From a virus, in the IMG/VR virus record IMGVR_UViG_3300016471_001099, positions 1 through 64,000 of that record: a stretch of 64,000 nt of DNA. The stretch is one strand, 5' to 3'. The notes beneath the pieces are model-generated. The model was given only the letters and a program-made list of their open reading frames with translations. It did not search any database and was not told where the DNA came from. Below are positions 9,152 through 20,048 of the stretch, one piece after another. How positions within the stretch are numbered: the first letter of the stretch is position 1; each line of letters begins with the position of its first letter. A program made the position numbers and the translations under genes.

Positions 9152-9504
9152 TAACTAATCTCCTCGTACGAGCAGACCGCTTCAAGGTCCGAGTTGGCAG
9201 AAGCGGTCAGACGAAGAGCATCGCCCTCTTCAAGATAGATGGATTTGGAAATCACATCCAAAGTTGAATCGGCGGGGACGGCAACCGTGTGGGCGATTTT
9301 GTAGGCAGTCGACGACCTGAAAATATCCACGGTGATGTCGGCGGCATTCGTTCCGTCAACGTTGGCGACGTACAGGGCATTGATTTTGAACACTTTGCCG
9401 CTGGCTGCCGAGTTGGCGACTATCGCCGTAGCCGAGGTGGTGACGGCGAGAACCGCCGTCTTTCCCGTAATTGTCGAGACGTTTACGATGTTTGGTGCTG
9501 CCAT
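9151..9504 (-). CDS. Small virion structural protein
   Basis: 117 aa. MAAPNIVNV...IYLEEGDALRLTAS...SYEEIS; coupled start and stop. Confidence 0.7.
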   Translation of the reverse strand: MAAPNIVNVSTITGKTAVLAVTTSATAIVANSAASGKVFKINALYVANVDGTNAADITVDIFRSSTAYKIAHTVAVPADSTLDVISKSIYLEEGDALRLTASANSDLEAVCSYEEIS

Positions 9505-9507
9505 GAT

Positions 9508-12201
9508 TTATCCTCCGAACACAATCGACATAGCGATTGCCTTGCCCGTTGTTGCTGCTGTTGATGAATTCGCTGGCGTATAGCCGAGAGCCGCAACTAT
9601 TTGTCCGTTCGTGAGCGTCGGCGCCGCGCCAACTTCAACCCATGTTGAGCCGTAGTACACATAGGTGCCGCCCGTGTCAGACTTGAACCAAATTTGTCCT
9701 GCGATAGGACTGCTCGGAGCCGTGTCGGATACTGTCGCCGCCATTCCAGAAGCACCGATTTCCACCCAATATCCGTCGTAGTAGACGTAAGTGCGGGCGT
9801 CGTCGGTGTCAAACCACATTTGTCCGGTGGTAGGAGAGGCCGGGGCGCTCGAGGAAGTCGTTGCTCCTCCGACTATCGTGTCGGCAACCCATGCCGTACC
9901 GTTCCATTTGAGGAATTGACCCGACGAAGCTCCGGTCACGTTGACGTCGGTTATGTCGTCAAGTGCGTTTATGGCCGGTATGGATGCGGCGGCCCAGTTC
10001 GTTCCGTTGTACCTAAGTATTTGACCTGTGGTGGGACTGGAAATGCTCACGTCCGACAAGTCATTCAGATCTTCCACTAACGGTTCTTCGCCGCTGACCT
10101 GCACCCAATCGTCGTCGTAATAGATGTACATGTCCATGTTGACGGAGTCCAACCAGAGGTCGCCTTCCGTGGGGCTAACCGGAGCGGTATTCGAAACCGT
10201 CGTTGCGGTAGCCGCGATCGAGACGATTGGCGTATTTATCCATGCCGTGCCGTTGTAATAGAGGACGTCCCCGGAGGATGCGCTAGTTATTGTCACGTCC
10301 GAAAGATCGTCTATCGGCCCGTTTGGACCGGTCGGTCCAGTTGCACCTGTCGGCCCGGTTGCGCCGGTTGGGCCGGTCGGCCCAGTCGGTCCGGCGGTAT
10401 CGAAATCCACGTAGGCACTACCGTCGTTGGTGAACTGCCATTTGTCCGTGCTCTCGTTCCAGCGAATCGCGACATTGTCTGAAGTGCCGCGCTCTACTTC
10501 AATACCAGCGTTCGTTGCTGGAGAGCCAGTGACTCCGCTGTTCAAGAGAACGATATTGTCTTCAACGGCAAGGGTTTCCGTGTTAAGCGTGGTAGTCGTT
10601 CCGTTGACCGTCAAGTTTCCTGAAACGACGAGGTCGTCATCAACAGTCGTTGTTCCGCCTGCTGAGTCAATGGTTAGATTGCCAGCGACGGTGTCAATTT
10701 CGCCGACATTGGTGATACCGATTTGAATATTGTCCGCAGTCAAACCAGCGAAAGACGGGTTCGCCGTGCTAGAAATGTTTTGACCAGCGGCGTTTTCCCA
10801 AATTCCTGTTGTTGAGTTGTACTTGAGAATGCTGTAATCGGCGACAGGTGTCGTTATTTTTACGTCATGGAGTTCTTCTAGTTCGTAGCCGTTTTGCGTG
10901 GCGACATAGATGATGCCGTTGTTCGTGGCGCGAACCACTATTCCAATGAACACCAAATGGTTCGGTGCACTCGGTTTTGTCGTTGTAAAACCGCCGTTTG
11001 TATTGAGCCACAAGACTTGTCCAGCCGTGTAACCTGCGCTCAGGTCCATTCCCGTCACATAGCCACGAGTGACGACTGGTCCGTTACCACCAGCAGGTAT
11101 CGCAGCCGCAACCAAACCGACAGTCTTGGAAGAAGTAACATCAGAACTGTTGTCTGCGCGTTTTACTGAAGCATGATTACCGACATTGCCGAACAGGTAA
11201 ACTGCTTCGCCGATTTGCAGTGTCGTTGCTTCCGCATTGTTAACCAAAGAAACAGTGGTTGGAAACTCGTTAATCCACGTCGTTCCGTCATAAACAAGCG
11301 TTTGATACCGTTCTGGCGCGGTAATGGTTACATCAGAAAGGTCAGTAAGCGGACCAGTCGGACCCGTAGGACCAGTCGCGCCTGTTGGACCAGTTGCCCC
11401 CGTTGCGCCTGTTGGACCAGTTGGTCCTGTCGCCCCTGTCGCACCATCGGAGCCGACGTAACCAGCCGCACCAGATGGTCCTGTAGGTCCTGTTGCACCA
11501 GTTGGTCCAGGAACAGTGGATGCCGCACCCTCTGGACCCGTAGCACCCGCAGGTCCTGTGGGACCAGTCGGACCAACAGGACCAGTCGGTCCAGTCGGTC
11601 CTGCATCACCGCCAACCTCAACCCAGAACGAGTCGTAGTACACGAACATCTTGCCCGTGTCGGACTCGTACCAAAGGTCACCTTGGCTCGGGCTTGCTGG
11701 CGCAGTATCCGAAACCGTTACGGATGTGCCAGTCGCACCGCCACCCGCGACGACCCAAGAACTTCCTTCACGGATATAGAGCGTGTCGTCATCTGTGTCA
11801 AACCAAAGAGCGCCCTCGTAGGCGTTTACCGGGGGGGCGGACGAAACGACGGCTCCACCGGAGACGAGTTGCCATTCCGAATTCGTCCTGAAATAGAACC
11901 TGTCGTTCGTCGTGTCGACGGCGATCGCGCCGTCGGGAAGCGCCATGGACGGAGATCCGGAAACGGTGATGGTTACGATTCCGCCGCTGGCGGTGAACAC
12001 GTCGTGGGTGACGAGGGAGTTCGCGTCCGCCCTGAAGAGATTCGTGTCCCCGGAAGCGGTGCCGTCCGACCAGGTGATTCTTCCGCCTGCGTCTATTCGT
12101 AGTCGCGATTGTCCGTCGCCGAGGATGCGTACGGAGAGCGCCTCGTCGCCAAGGTTGGCGAACTCAATCCCGCGTAGCGGGGTGCCTACGAATCTTGTCA
12201 T
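9508..12201 (-). CDS. Long tail fibre with collagen-like and P-x-x-G-x-x-W repeats
   Basis: 897 aa. GPT/GAT triplets and five S.AP.SP..G..W.D.D....Y.Y....WV modules. Confidence 0.8.
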   Translation of the reverse strand: MTRFVGTPLRGIEFANLGDEALSVRILGDGQSRLRIDAGGRITWSDGTASGDTNLFRADANSLVTHDVFTASGGIVTITVSGSPSMALPDGAIAVDTTNDRFYFRTNSEWQLVSGGAVVSSAPPVNAYEGALWFDTDDDTLYIREGSSWVVAGGGATGTSVTVSDTAPASPSQGDLWYESDTGKMFVYYDSFWVEVGGDAGPTGPTGPVGPTGPTGPAGATGPEGAASTVPGPTGATGPTGPSGAAGYVGSDGATGATGPTGPTGATGATGPTGATGPTGPTGPLTDLSDVTITAPERYQTLVYDGTTWINEFPTTVSLVNNAEATTLQIGEAVYLFGNVGNHASVKRADNSSDVTSSKTVGLVAAAIPAGGNGPVVTRGYVTGMDLSAGYTAGQVLWLNTNGGFTTTKPSAPNHLVFIGIVVRATNNGIIYVATQNGYELEELHDVKITTPVADYSILKYNSTTGIWENAAGQNISSTANPSFAGLTADNIQIGITNVGEIDTVAGNLTIDSAGGTTTVDDDLVVSGNLTVNGTTTTLNTETLAVEDNIVLLNSGVTGSPATNAGIEVERGTSDNVAIRWNESTDKWQFTNDGSAYVDFDTAGPTGPTGPTGATGPTGATGPTGPNGPIDDLSDVTITSASSGDVLYYNGTAWINTPIVSIAATATTVSNTAPVSPTEGDLWLDSVNMDMYIYYDDDWVQVSGEEPLVEDLNDLSDVSISSPTTGQILRYNGTNWAAASIPAINALDDITDVNVTGASSGQFLKWNGTAWVADTIVGGATTSSSAPASPTTGQMWFDTDDARTYVYYDGYWVEIGASGMAATVSDTAPSSPIAGQIWFKSDTGGTYVYYGSTWVEVGAAPTLTNGQIVAALGYTPANSSTAATTGKAIAMSIVFGG
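10315..10392 (-). repeat. Collagen-like Gly-X-Y block 2
   Basis: [26 protein letters not shown]. Confidence 0.85.
11350..11601 (-). repeat. Collagen-like Gly-X-Y block 1
   Basis: About 84 aa of GPT/GAT triplets with one interruption (GAASTVP). Confidence 0.85.
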
Positions 12202-12263
12202 GAATACAGCCTCGACTGTCTTCTAATCGCCGTTGTTCGCGCCCCTCGAGGCGCTACCCAATA

Positions 12264-13739
12264 TTATCCGATTACGACGACCCGGAAGGCGTTGGAGGCC
12301 GGAGCGATAGAGAAAGTCACCGTGACTGTGTCGGCGTCGGTCCTGATCGTGTCGGCGATGACCGTGTCGTTGCTCGATGCATCGTAGACCTGGATTATCA
12401 CGTCCGACGTGTTGAAGGCGTGAACGACGGTGAACGAAGTGTCCACTCCGTTGCCGACCGTCTTGGCGACTTTCCTGGCGAGAACCGGGGTGGATACGCC
12501 GGCTCCCTGAACTCCGCCGGCGGCGAGGTTGGTCCTGGCGCTCGACTCGGTGCTGGCGTTCGTACCGCCGTTGGCGATCGGCAACTGACCGGTGACGGCC
12601 GCGCTCGCCGAGAGGGTAATTTGGCCGAATTCCGGTACGCCCGAGGCGTTTCCGCGAAGCACCTGGTACTGCGTCGGGGCGGCCGTTACGTCTAGGGCGT
12701 TCGTTCCGTTTCCGTAGACGACGCCGTTGTCCGTGAAGGACTCGACTCCCGTACCGCCAGCGGTCACCGCTACGGTCGTAGCGTCCCACGTACCGGTGGT
12801 GATCGTGCCGAGCGTGGTGATGCTGGATTGACCGACGTAGGTGGATGCGATGTCCACCGTGTCGGAGTTGACGGTGATCCTGTTGGCCGTACCGCCGACG
12901 TCGAGTTGGTTTCCGGTCTTCGTCAGACCGGCTCCGGCTATGACTTGGCCGGCTCCGGAGAATTGCGTGAACGTTAGAGCAGTTGAGTCGAGTGTTATCG
13001 GAGCGTCCGTAGTGAGGACGAATCCGTTGTCCCCGTTGGCCGTTCCTTCCTCGACGAATACGAACATCCCCGGGGTGACTTCGGCGCTGGAATCTGCGTC
13101 GGTCGCCCTTATCGCCGCGCCGCTCGCCTGAACGACGTAGATGCCGTTCTCCGATCCGGTGCTCTGGTTCTTGACGAGGACTCTGTCGCCGGCGACAAGG
13201 GTGACGGTCGTGTCTAGTGTGTCGCCAGCCTCGAGGTCGGTCGCGATGGTGAGAGGACCCGTGGTGGCCGCGCGAACCGACTGCTTGACGTCCAGACCGG
13301 AGCGAGCTGCGTCTACGTAGCTCTTGGTCGCGACGTGGGCGCCGTCGGTCGGGTCGACGGCCTTGAAGTTGCCGAGAGAGTCGCGATAGACGAGCGAGTT
13401 TGCCGTCGCCTCGGACGTCTTGGTGTCGAGAAGGGCCTTGTCCGAGGAGGACATGACGCCGTGGTCGCTCGACGTGGCGAGATTCGGGGTGAGGTTTACC
13501 GTTCCGTTGGCGTTCAGGGTGACGGTGATCGCCGCCGAGGCGCTACCCGCGGAAGTTACGTCCTGAACGAGGACTTCCCACGCGCTTCCGTTGTAGTACT
13601 TGATGCAATCGAGGTCGGTCCTGTAGATGAGACGACCTTCGAAAAGGTTGGAGCCCGGGTCGGCGCCGAGCGCCTCGAACCTACCGTTAAGGATCTGGTT
13701 GTTATTTAGATCGAGGTTCGTGACGAACTTTGTTGCCAT
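12264..13739 (-). CDS. Tail fibre/structural protein
   Basis: 491 aa. ATKSYVDAARSGLDVKQSVRAATT...RVLVKNQ...NGIYVV...FVFVEEGTANG...FTQFSG, a common phage fibre module. Confidence 0.75.
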   Translation of the reverse strand: MATKFVTNLDLNNNQILNGRFEALGADPGSNLFEGRLIYRTDLDCIKYYNGSAWEVLVQDVTSAGSASAAITVTLNANGTVNLTPNLATSSDHGVMSSSDKALLDTKTSEATANSLVYRDSLGNFKAVDPTDGAHVATKSYVDAARSGLDVKQSVRAATTGPLTIATDLEAGDTLDTTVTLVAGDRVLVKNQSTGSENGIYVVQASGAAIRATDADSSAEVTPGMFVFVEEGTANGDNGFVLTTDAPITLDSTALTFTQFSGAGQVIAGAGLTKTGNQLDVGGTANRITVNSDTVDIASTYVGQSSITTLGTITTGTWDATTVAVTAGGTGVESFTDNGVVYGNGTNALDVTAAPTQYQVLRGNASGVPEFGQITLSASAAVTGQLPIANGGTNASTESSARTNLAAGGVQGAGVSTPVLARKVAKTVGNGVDTSFTVVHAFNTSDVIIQVYDASSNDTVIADTIRTDADTVTVTFSIAPASNAFRVVVIG

Positions 13740-13749
13740 TTATCCCGCC

Positions 13750-14058
13750 TTATGTCAGATAGGCGTATCCCGAGAACGCCGAAGAAAAGTTTACTACAAC
13801 CTGAGAAGTGCTGACGTACGATATCTCGCCTATTACGACCGTTTTTGCGCTGTCCACGACCATGACGGACGGATATCCGCCGAGCGTATGGTTTATGGTC
13901 CATTCGTCGGATACGGAACCCTGAGTGTGGACGTGCCTCCTGGTGTTCCCCCCGTTGGAAGCGAGTCTTACGACGACCTGGTTCGGGGCGTCTTGGTTGA
14001 CGATGACCTGATTTTGGGTGTCCTCGTTGATGATCACGTTGTTAGGAACGTTGCTCAT
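13750..14058 (-). CDS. Small structural protein
   Basis: 102 aa. HTQ...WTINHTLG.YPSV.VVDS...F..AFSG.AYL. Confidence 0.65.
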   Translation of the reverse strand: MSNVPNNVIINEDTQNQVIVNQDAPNQVVVRLASNGGNTRRHVHTQGSVSDEWTINHTLGGYPSVMVVDSAKTVVIGEISYVSTSQVVVNFSSAFSGYAYLT

Positions 14059-14435
14059 CTGGTTACCTCTGGAGACAGGGTGAACACGCCTTGCAGTATC
14101 CTCGAGACGACTCCCTCGGGGCTTTCTATTTCCAGATCGTAAACTCCGCTCACGGATATCGAGGCGGTAACTTCGTCGGCCATGGATATCACGATCTGAT
14201 TGTCGGCATCGGTCGGGTTTATGATCAGTCCGCCGTTCTCGGTCGTCAGATACACGAGGTAAGACGTCGATTCGATGGTCCTGCGGACCTGCATCCTGGC
14301 CGAATAGCCGTTGATGTCTATTGGAACGAACGTGTTGCCGGTTGGATCGGCGACGAGGTCGGGTTCCTCTAGCTCTATGAGCCGAGTAAAAGTCGAGCCT
14401 TGCTCACAGGTAAAATTGTAAGTCCCGGCCCTCAT
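14055..14435 (-). CDS. BppU/LtfC-like fibre-attachment protein
   Basis: 126 aa. CEQGSTF...INGYSARMQVR...GVYDLEI...RILQGVFTLSPEVTR. Confidence 0.6.
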   Translation of the reverse strand: MRAGTYNFTCEQGSTFTRLIELEEPDLVADPTGNTFVPIDINGYSARMQVRRTIESTSYLVYLTTENGGLIINPTDADNQIVISMADEVTASISVSGVYDLEIESPEGVVSRILQGVFTLSPEVTR

Positions 14436-14480
14436 CTAATGGTTTCCTCCGAAATCCTCAGAAGAAATTGTAGATTAAGA

Positions 14481-14494
14481 CGGCTTCCCAGCCG
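14481..14494 (-). terminator. Possible weak terminator after the holin
   Basis: Minus strand CGGCT-GGGA-AGCCG followed by TCTTAAT. Confidence 0.3.
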
Positions 14495-14501
14495 GCAATA
14501 A

Positions 14502-14714
14502 TCACACGACGCTGGGGGAGTCCTTGTCCGGGCCGACGCTCTTGAGGCCGAAGCTCATCGCGAGCGACGCGACGACGGCCACGGCCGCCACCTTCAGGTT
14601 GTCCTGATTGGTGATCGCGTCGAAGTCCGAGCCGGCCACGACCCATGCTCCGAGCCAAGCCTGAACGAAGGTCTTGACCGCTCTTTCTGCTGTTTGCTTG
14701 AGGTGATTTGTCAT
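14502..14714 (-). CDS. Holin (r1t-like, two TM segments)
   Basis: 70 aa. AERAVKTFVQAWLG signature and two hydrophobic segments. Confidence 0.75.
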   Translation of the reverse strand: MTNHLKQTAERAVKTFVQAWLGAWVVAGSDFDAITNQDNLKVAAVAVVASLAMSFGLKSVGPDKDSPSVV

Positions 14715-14719
14715 AGGGT

Positions 14720-14971
14720 TTATACCTCCCCTTGTTCTCCATTATCGCGTATTTCCCACTTGCCGCGAGAAACCATGTCCGCCGCCGCTCTCAGCATTCC
14801 GTCAGCCAGCCAGGGAGTCATTCCGTCGGAAAAGGACATCGCTATGTCTGACGATTCTCCGTCCACGAGTTCGGCGACGACCACGAAGTTCGTGACTATA
14901 GAACCCTTGCCTATGTTTTGAGAAATTTCCTCGAACGCCACGCGAACGAATTCCTCGAATTTTTCGTCCAT
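14720..14971 (-). CDS. Hypothetical acidic protein
   Basis: 83 aa in the operon, between baseplate and holin. Confidence 0.6.
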   Translation of the reverse strand: MDEKFEEFVRVAFEEISQNIGKGSIVTNFVVVAELVDGESSDIAMSFSDGMTPWLADGMLRAAADMVSRGKWEIRDNGEQGEV

Positions 14972-14979
14972 TCCCCCTC

Positions 14980-16212
14980 CTACGTCAGCTCGTGAATAAC
15001 TTTTACGCCGATCGGTTTTGCCCTAAAAATCGCCTCTTTCACGACGCTCGAGGACGAACCTACGTCCTCCGACGAAGCTCCGTAAGTTTGTTCCCACGGA
15101 GTTTGTATCAGGACGGTGAACGGACCTTCGTGCTGGAGCGATATCGTCACCTCTTTCGGTTCCACCATCACCCTTTTTACGGCCTCCCTCAACGCCGCCA
15201 CGCTACCCGCGTTCATTCCGTAATACCCGAATCGTGCCTGCCACCTCAGGAAGTCCCTGGTTACCTCCGTCGTAGCCAACGGAGGATCAGTGACGCCTGT
15301 TGTGGAAAATCTCAACGTGTCCGAACCTCCGAGAGTGCTCGAATCCAAAACGAAAGGATCCGACGGATCTATTGTCGAACTGAGTTTCGCCACCGGCTCC
15401 GTGCCGGAGAATTGCGCCAACCATTTGGCTTCGTCCAAGCCGGCGTCGCTCGGCCAAACGAGGTCGCTGAGCGTCACCGGGTCGTTCTCGTCGCGGCCTT
15501 CGGCGATGGTGAAGAACCTGTAGTCCCTGTACGCCTTTACCCCGAAATCCAATCCAGAAAAAGCGACGTCTATGAATCTGGTTACCGCCGAGGAAGGGTT
15601 TTCTTCGCCGTTGGTTTGGATGAAATGATCCGGTATTACCGCGACCATGTTTCTGGCGGCTTCGGAATAATAAGCGTGATCCAGGAGACCCGAAATAACT
15701 GGGTTGGCGAATTCCACGGTGTCCGAAGGGTCGGATGGCGTGAAGACTATGTTCACGTCCACCCTGGGTTTTGACAGGGTTTGTTTATCCACGAAAACCG
15801 GATTCGTTCTATAAATAACCCACGACCTATCGTTTAGCGCATCGGAATTTGGGGATTCCAGTTGCGGATCAACCAAAAACGTCTTGGAGACCGAAGAAAC
15901 TGTTACGGATGAGGTATCGGATAGAGTCACCGATATTTCGCCACCGGATTGCATTTTTGCCGCGAACGAGAACTCGATCGGGTCCAGATCGTCCTCTGGA
16001 AGAAGTTCTACTCCGGAAATCGTCATTTCCACCGATCCGGACACTCCGGAAAACTTGACTTGTTTGTACGACTCGTCGTCGGGCCAAAATTCGGAATGGC
16101 TTATCAGGGATTCGGAGTATCCGACGGCGAACCACGACCCGGAAACGTTTAGATCCGAAATTTTGTAGGCGTCTTCGTCGAGCCTGTTTCTTACGGCCCT
16201 CTCTATGGTCAC
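14980..16212 (-). CDS. Baseplate wedge protein (P2 gpI-like C-terminus)
   Basis: 410 aa. AKWLAQFSG...GSVAALREAVKRV...KPIGVKVIH; follows baseplate J. Confidence 0.7.
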   Translation of the reverse strand: MTIERAVRNRLDEDAYKISDLNVSGSWFAVGYSESLISHSEFWPDDESYKQVKFSGVSGSVEMTISGVELLPEDDLDPIEFSFAAKMQSGGEISVTLSDTSSVTVSSVSKTFLVDPQLESPNSDALNDRSWVIYRTNPVFVDKQTLSKPRVDVNIVFTPSDPSDTVEFANPVISGLLDHAYYSEAARNMVAVIPDHFIQTNGEENPSSAVTRFIDVAFSGLDFGVKAYRDYRFFTIAEGRDENDPVTLSDLVWPSDAGLDEAKWLAQFSGTEPVAKLSSTIDPSDPFVLDSSTLGGSDTLRFSTTGVTDPPLATTEVTRDFLRWQARFGYYGMNAGSVAALREAVKRVMVEPKEVTISLQHEGPFTVLIQTPWEQTYGASSEDVGSSSSVVKEAIFRAKPIGVKVIHELT

Positions 16213-17708
16213 AGCGTTATCACTTCCACGGAAGCCCTGGGCAGGAGTCCGGCGTAAAGCGCGCCAAATGCCGTCAGTTGCGTCCCTGCCGTTATTTGCT
16301 CAACCAGTTTTTCGTTGCCGTACAAAGAATCTGGAAACACCGGTATTTCCGCCTCTATGGATGAAACGTACGAAACTCCGACTACGTTCGACGCCGCAGC
16401 AACTATCTCGTAAACCCTAACTTTGCTTTCGAAGTTCGGCCAATTGTTCGGAGAAACGAGATCTTCGATTGTTTCCCTTACCGCTTGCCCTATGTTCGTG
16501 GCGTTATACCCAGGGGAAACTCCTACGGTTAAGGTGAAGGAAAGGTCGTAGGTCCAAGCGTCAAGGACCTTAAATTCCAGACCGGCGGGAACTCTCTCGG
16601 CTATGTCCTCCTCTATCGCCTGCCTCACCGCCCTACCGACCGGCTCTCCGTCCTGACCGCAAACGAAAACAACGAATTGGCCTGGCTCCTCGCTACTCTC
16701 CGTGTACGAGAGCAATAACGGGTCCAGCAAGACAACGTCGACGGCGGGCCCGGCGGAGGCGGTGTCGGAAACCGCGTCGTCGTACAGAATCGTTCCGGAG
16801 GAATTTATTGTCAAGGAGTCGTCCGTGGTGGTGAAGGTTCCGGAAGCGAATTCTTCGGCGTAAACCGCATCTCCATAAAATTGCGGAGTAATCATTCTGT
16901 AAATCGTTCCCGGGTAAGCGGAAGCCGACGCGTAAAACGCCGACGAAGTATTCACGCTCGCGGAAAAACCGGTGTGCGAGCTATTTGACGAAGAGGTCCT
17001 ATGTTCCGTCGCTTTAACCAGGTCGTACGCCTTCACTCGCACCACTTCGGCGTAGTTCCCCAGTATGTAGTTCTCCACTTGAGTCGCCGTATTCAGGGTT
17101 GCGCTCAGCGACTGAAGATAGGTGACGGCCCTATTGAGGAATTCCGCCTCCGTCTCTGCGCTCTGGCCCTGCGTAACCTCTCCGATCGTTTCGCACGAAA
17201 AAACGACACTGCTCGGCGAGTTTGGGACCAACTGCGTTCCGACGGAAAAACTGGGTATTTGCCCCAGTATCAAGGAGTCCAAAGTAGCGGTCACCGTCGT
17301 TTCGCCGACCCCAGCCGTCACGGGTGACTTGAGGACGAACGGATATTGAATCGTCTCCACGCCGTTGAAGTAGTCGAACGCGTAGACGGTGTCCTCGGGG
17401 ACCGTTTCTCCGGCGACGTACAGGTTGAACTGCACCTCGACGCTCGATTCGGTCGCCTCGGTTCTCTCTATTCCCATAACCCTGAGAATTCCCTCCATCA
17501 ATTCGTCCGGAAGCCTGTTGACCGCTCCGATCGTGCTGGCTCCGACCAGTGCTCCGGCCTGAACGATTGCGTCTTCGAGCGTGCCCGGGCGCGGATTGAA
17601 TTCCGGCAGAGCGGTCCTGGCGTAAATGACAGCCTGCTCGTAAAGCTGCGGCGGCTGAACGTCAAAAGTCGTCAAGTCCACGTATTGGCTAAAATCCGGC
17701 GAAGGCAT
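16209..17708 (-). CDS. Baseplate J-like protein
   Basis: 499 aa. FNPRPGTLE...AETEAEFLNRA...VVRVKAY; position after the gp25-like gene. Confidence 0.8.
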   Translation of the reverse strand: MPSPDFSQYVDLTTFDVQPPQLYEQAVIYARTALPEFNPRPGTLEDAIVQAGALVGASTIGAVNRLPDELMEGILRVMGIERTEATESSVEVQFNLYVAGETVPEDTVYAFDYFNGVETIQYPFVLKSPVTAGVGETTVTATLDSLILGQIPSFSVGTQLVPNSPSSVVFSCETIGEVTQGQSAETEAEFLNRAVTYLQSLSATLNTATQVENYILGNYAEVVRVKAYDLVKATEHRTSSSNSSHTGFSASVNTSSAFYASASAYPGTIYRMITPQFYGDAVYAEEFASGTFTTTDDSLTINSSGTILYDDAVSDTASAGPAVDVVLLDPLLLSYTESSEEPGQFVVFVCGQDGEPVGRAVRQAIEEDIAERVPAGLEFKVLDAWTYDLSFTLTVGVSPGYNATNIGQAVRETIEDLVSPNNWPNFESKVRVYEIVAAASNVVGVSYVSSIEAEIPVFPDSLYGNEKLVEQITAGTQLTAFGALYAGLLPRASVEVITL

Positions 17709-18010
17709 TATGCGACCTCGTAATCGACGTTGATTGTTTTGTCCCCGGTTTGTTTGGCATCACCAAACGAAACTGTTTTTACCTGTATTTCCGGCCAATA
17801 GGCCGTGATCGTCGCCCTGAACCCGACCGGCTCCCCGTCGGAAAACGCGGGATCCGCGGTTCCGAATCCGGGGTCGAGACGAAGGGATCCTGGTTCTATT
17901 TTGGCTATCGAGCCGATTATCTGGTCGTAATACTCCCTCGATCCATCGGTCAATTTGTTCGCCGACCCGCCCTTGCGCGAGAACGAAAGCGGGAGTCTGA
18001 ACGTGTCCAT
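17708..18010 (-). CDS. gp25/gpW-like baseplate protein
   Basis: 100 aa. IEPGSLRLDPGFG...YWPEIQV. Confidence 0.7.
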   Translation of the reverse strand: MDTFRLPLSFSRKGGSANKLTDGSREYYDQIIGSIAKIEPGSLRLDPGFGTADPAFSDGEPVGFRATITAYWPEIQVKTVSFGDAKQTGDKTINVDYEVA

Positions 18011-18028
18011 GTTTCAATTATCCCATCA

Positions 18029-18475
18029 TTAATGCGTATGCGAAGAAGACGCGTATCCGGAGTGCGCATGGGTCGGAGCGGCGTACGAAAGAACGTAGCC
18101 CGTGTCCTTGGCTATTAGTTTTGCCAACAGTTCGGCAACTTTGTCGTCGACGTACTTTTTCGTCGCCGCGTCCTGCGGGTTTACCGGATCGTCCAAATTT
18201 ACCAATCTAAAATTTTTGTTCTCCCCTCCCAGGACGACCATTTTTTGACGTTGTCCGTCCGTGAATCCGACTATGACCGAATCCCCGACCCTGGGTTTTT
18301 GGGTGAACACTTGACACGGTCCGAAGGTTTGGTTGGGGGCGAGGTTGGGGACGTTGACGAAAACCCCCGAATCGGAAACGCCGGTGACTCTCGCCACGAA
18401 AACCGAGTTTGCGTCTACGGGAACCTGCGAGCTTTTCGATTGATTCGTTACGGCGAAATTCGGTCTCGTTCTCAT
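18029..18475 (-). CDS. Baseplate spike (gpV-like OB fold)
   Basis: 148 aa. FVARVT...VFVNVP...PRVGDSVIVGF...VVLG; His-rich C-terminus HAH...HTH typical of spike tips. Confidence 0.7.
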   Translation of the reverse strand: MRTRPNFAVTNQSKSSQVPVDANSVFVARVTGVSDSGVFVNVPNLAPNQTFGPCQVFTQKPRVGDSVIVGFTDGQRQKMVVLGGENKNFRLVNLDDPVNPQDAATKKYVDDKVAELLAKLIAKDTGYVLSYAAPTHAHSGYASSSHTH

Positions 18476-18479
18476 ACTC

Positions 18480-20045
18480 TCACTCCTTCGTATCCGGCTT
18501 AGTTTGGTCCTTTGGTTTTTGAACCATCACCAATCCGATATCGACCGGGTCGTTGCTGAATTCGGAATAATTGACGTCCTGGACGAGGTATCCGGCCCTG
18601 AACCTGGTCGGAATAGTGGTCAAGTAAACCGTATGTCCCGGTCTGATTATTCTACCGTTGGGGGAAAGCACGGAACAGGAACCGGTTCCCTCCAGGCCGT
18701 CGTTCTCGCTCATCCTCACGGTTGGCCAAGTGGTCAATTCGAAAACTCCGTTTTCGTCCACGAAAGTAACCGATCCGTCGTATATCACGTCGCCGTTTTC
18801 GTCGATTCCTATCGGTCTTCCCCCGAGAATTTTTTGACTCGGTGCTCCGTTGTTCGGCAGGGTCGGGTCGTAACGAAGGTCGAGAAATCGTTGCTTTTTC
18901 TTTTTTTTGTTCTCCTTTTCCGACAACCCGAATCTCCACATCAACCAGGCACCCGAAGCGTAAACCAGCGTGTTGTCGACCTCAAACACGAAAAATTGTC
19001 CGTCTTGGCCGCTACTGGTGAGAACGGTCCACGCCGATTCGTCCGCGTTTTGGCCTCTGCCTTTGAACACGGTTTGCTGTTTGTTGCTCTTTTCTCCCAC
19101 GAAATTCATTCCGCACCTTGCGGCGACGCGTCTCGCATACTCGTATCCGTTGACGCCGGTTATCGATTCCGGTTTCTTGTCCCTTTTCAATTCCTGAACG
19201 CACTTCGGGGCGAGTTCCACCGTTGCCTGCGGATACCCGGCCGATCCCGCGCTGGTTTCGCACGAGACCACCTCGAAAAGCAGCCCCCTGTATTTGTATT
19301 CCCTCCTGGGATCGAAGTAACCGTTTTCGGTCAATTCGTAGCCCCTGTCGTCGAAGGTGGCCGAAAGCTGGGTGGTCATACTCATGGAGTAGCTGACGTT
19401 GAGGCTAAGCAATCTCCCGGAAAGCGAGTCCTGAAATTCTCTTTCCATTCCGGCTATCGTGAATACCTCGGTTATGAATCCCGAATCTTTCGGTTGAATT
19501 ACGGATGGATCAACCGAATAATTCGAGGCGTTCCACGGCTTCAGGGTTGGGTCTTCGGCGAGGAATTTCTCCAACCTTTGCTCCTCGAGCTGATGAAGCG
19601 CCTCGGCGTAGGCGTCGGCGAGGTATCTTCGAGAGTTTTTTCCCGTCGTCGGATTCCTCAAAACGACGCTCTCGGAGGAGAATATTCCGAGATGCAATCC
19701 GTCCTGCTCGAATTTTTGGGTTGCCTGCGCCTCGGTGAGAATCAGCGATCGTTCTATGTCGACCGTCGGAAGGACGACCATGACTTTTTGGCCCGGAAAT
19801 TTCGCCAGGTCCCGAGGACCTATCGTTATCGAGAAGACCGTCCCCCAGTTGAAGTCTTCGCCCTCTTTTTTGGCCAATGGAACTATCTTTTCCGGTTTGG
19901 AAACGCTTATTTTTACCGGTCGCCTTCCGCCAAGATTTATGTTTCCGTACTCGAGCGGTTCGGGGATGTTTATCGTTGCCTTGGTTTCCTCGTCTTGTAT
20001 CGAGTACGGTGGCGTCGGATACCCGGAAAATATCGGAGTCGGCAT
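18480..20045 (-). CDS. Baseplate hub (gpD/gp27-like)
   Basis: 521 aa. ESAWTVL...FFVFEVDNTLVY...IRPGHTVYL...YLVQDVNY; synteny. Confidence 0.65.
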   Translation of the reverse strand: MPTPIFSGYPTPPYSIQDEETKATINIPEPLEYGNINLGGRRPVKISVSKPEKIVPLAKKEGEDFNWGTVFSITIGPRDLAKFPGQKVMVVLPTVDIERSLILTEAQATQKFEQDGLHLGIFSSESVVLRNPTTGKNSRRYLADAYAEALHQLEEQRLEKFLAEDPTLKPWNASNYSVDPSVIQPKDSGFITEVFTIAGMEREFQDSLSGRLLSLNVSYSMSMTTQLSATFDDRGYELTENGYFDPRREYKYRGLLFEVVSCETSAGSAGYPQATVELAPKCVQELKRDKKPESITGVNGYEYARRVAARCGMNFVGEKSNKQQTVFKGRGQNADESAWTVLTSSGQDGQFFVFEVDNTLVYASGAWLMWRFGLSEKENKKKKKQRFLDLRYDPTLPNNGAPSQKILGGRPIGIDENGDVIYDGSVTFVDENGVFELTTWPTVRMSENDGLEGTGSCSVLSPNGRIIRPGHTVYLTTIPTRFRAGYLVQDVNYSEFSNDPVDIGLVMVQKPKDQTKPDTKE

Positions 20046-20048
20046 GTT

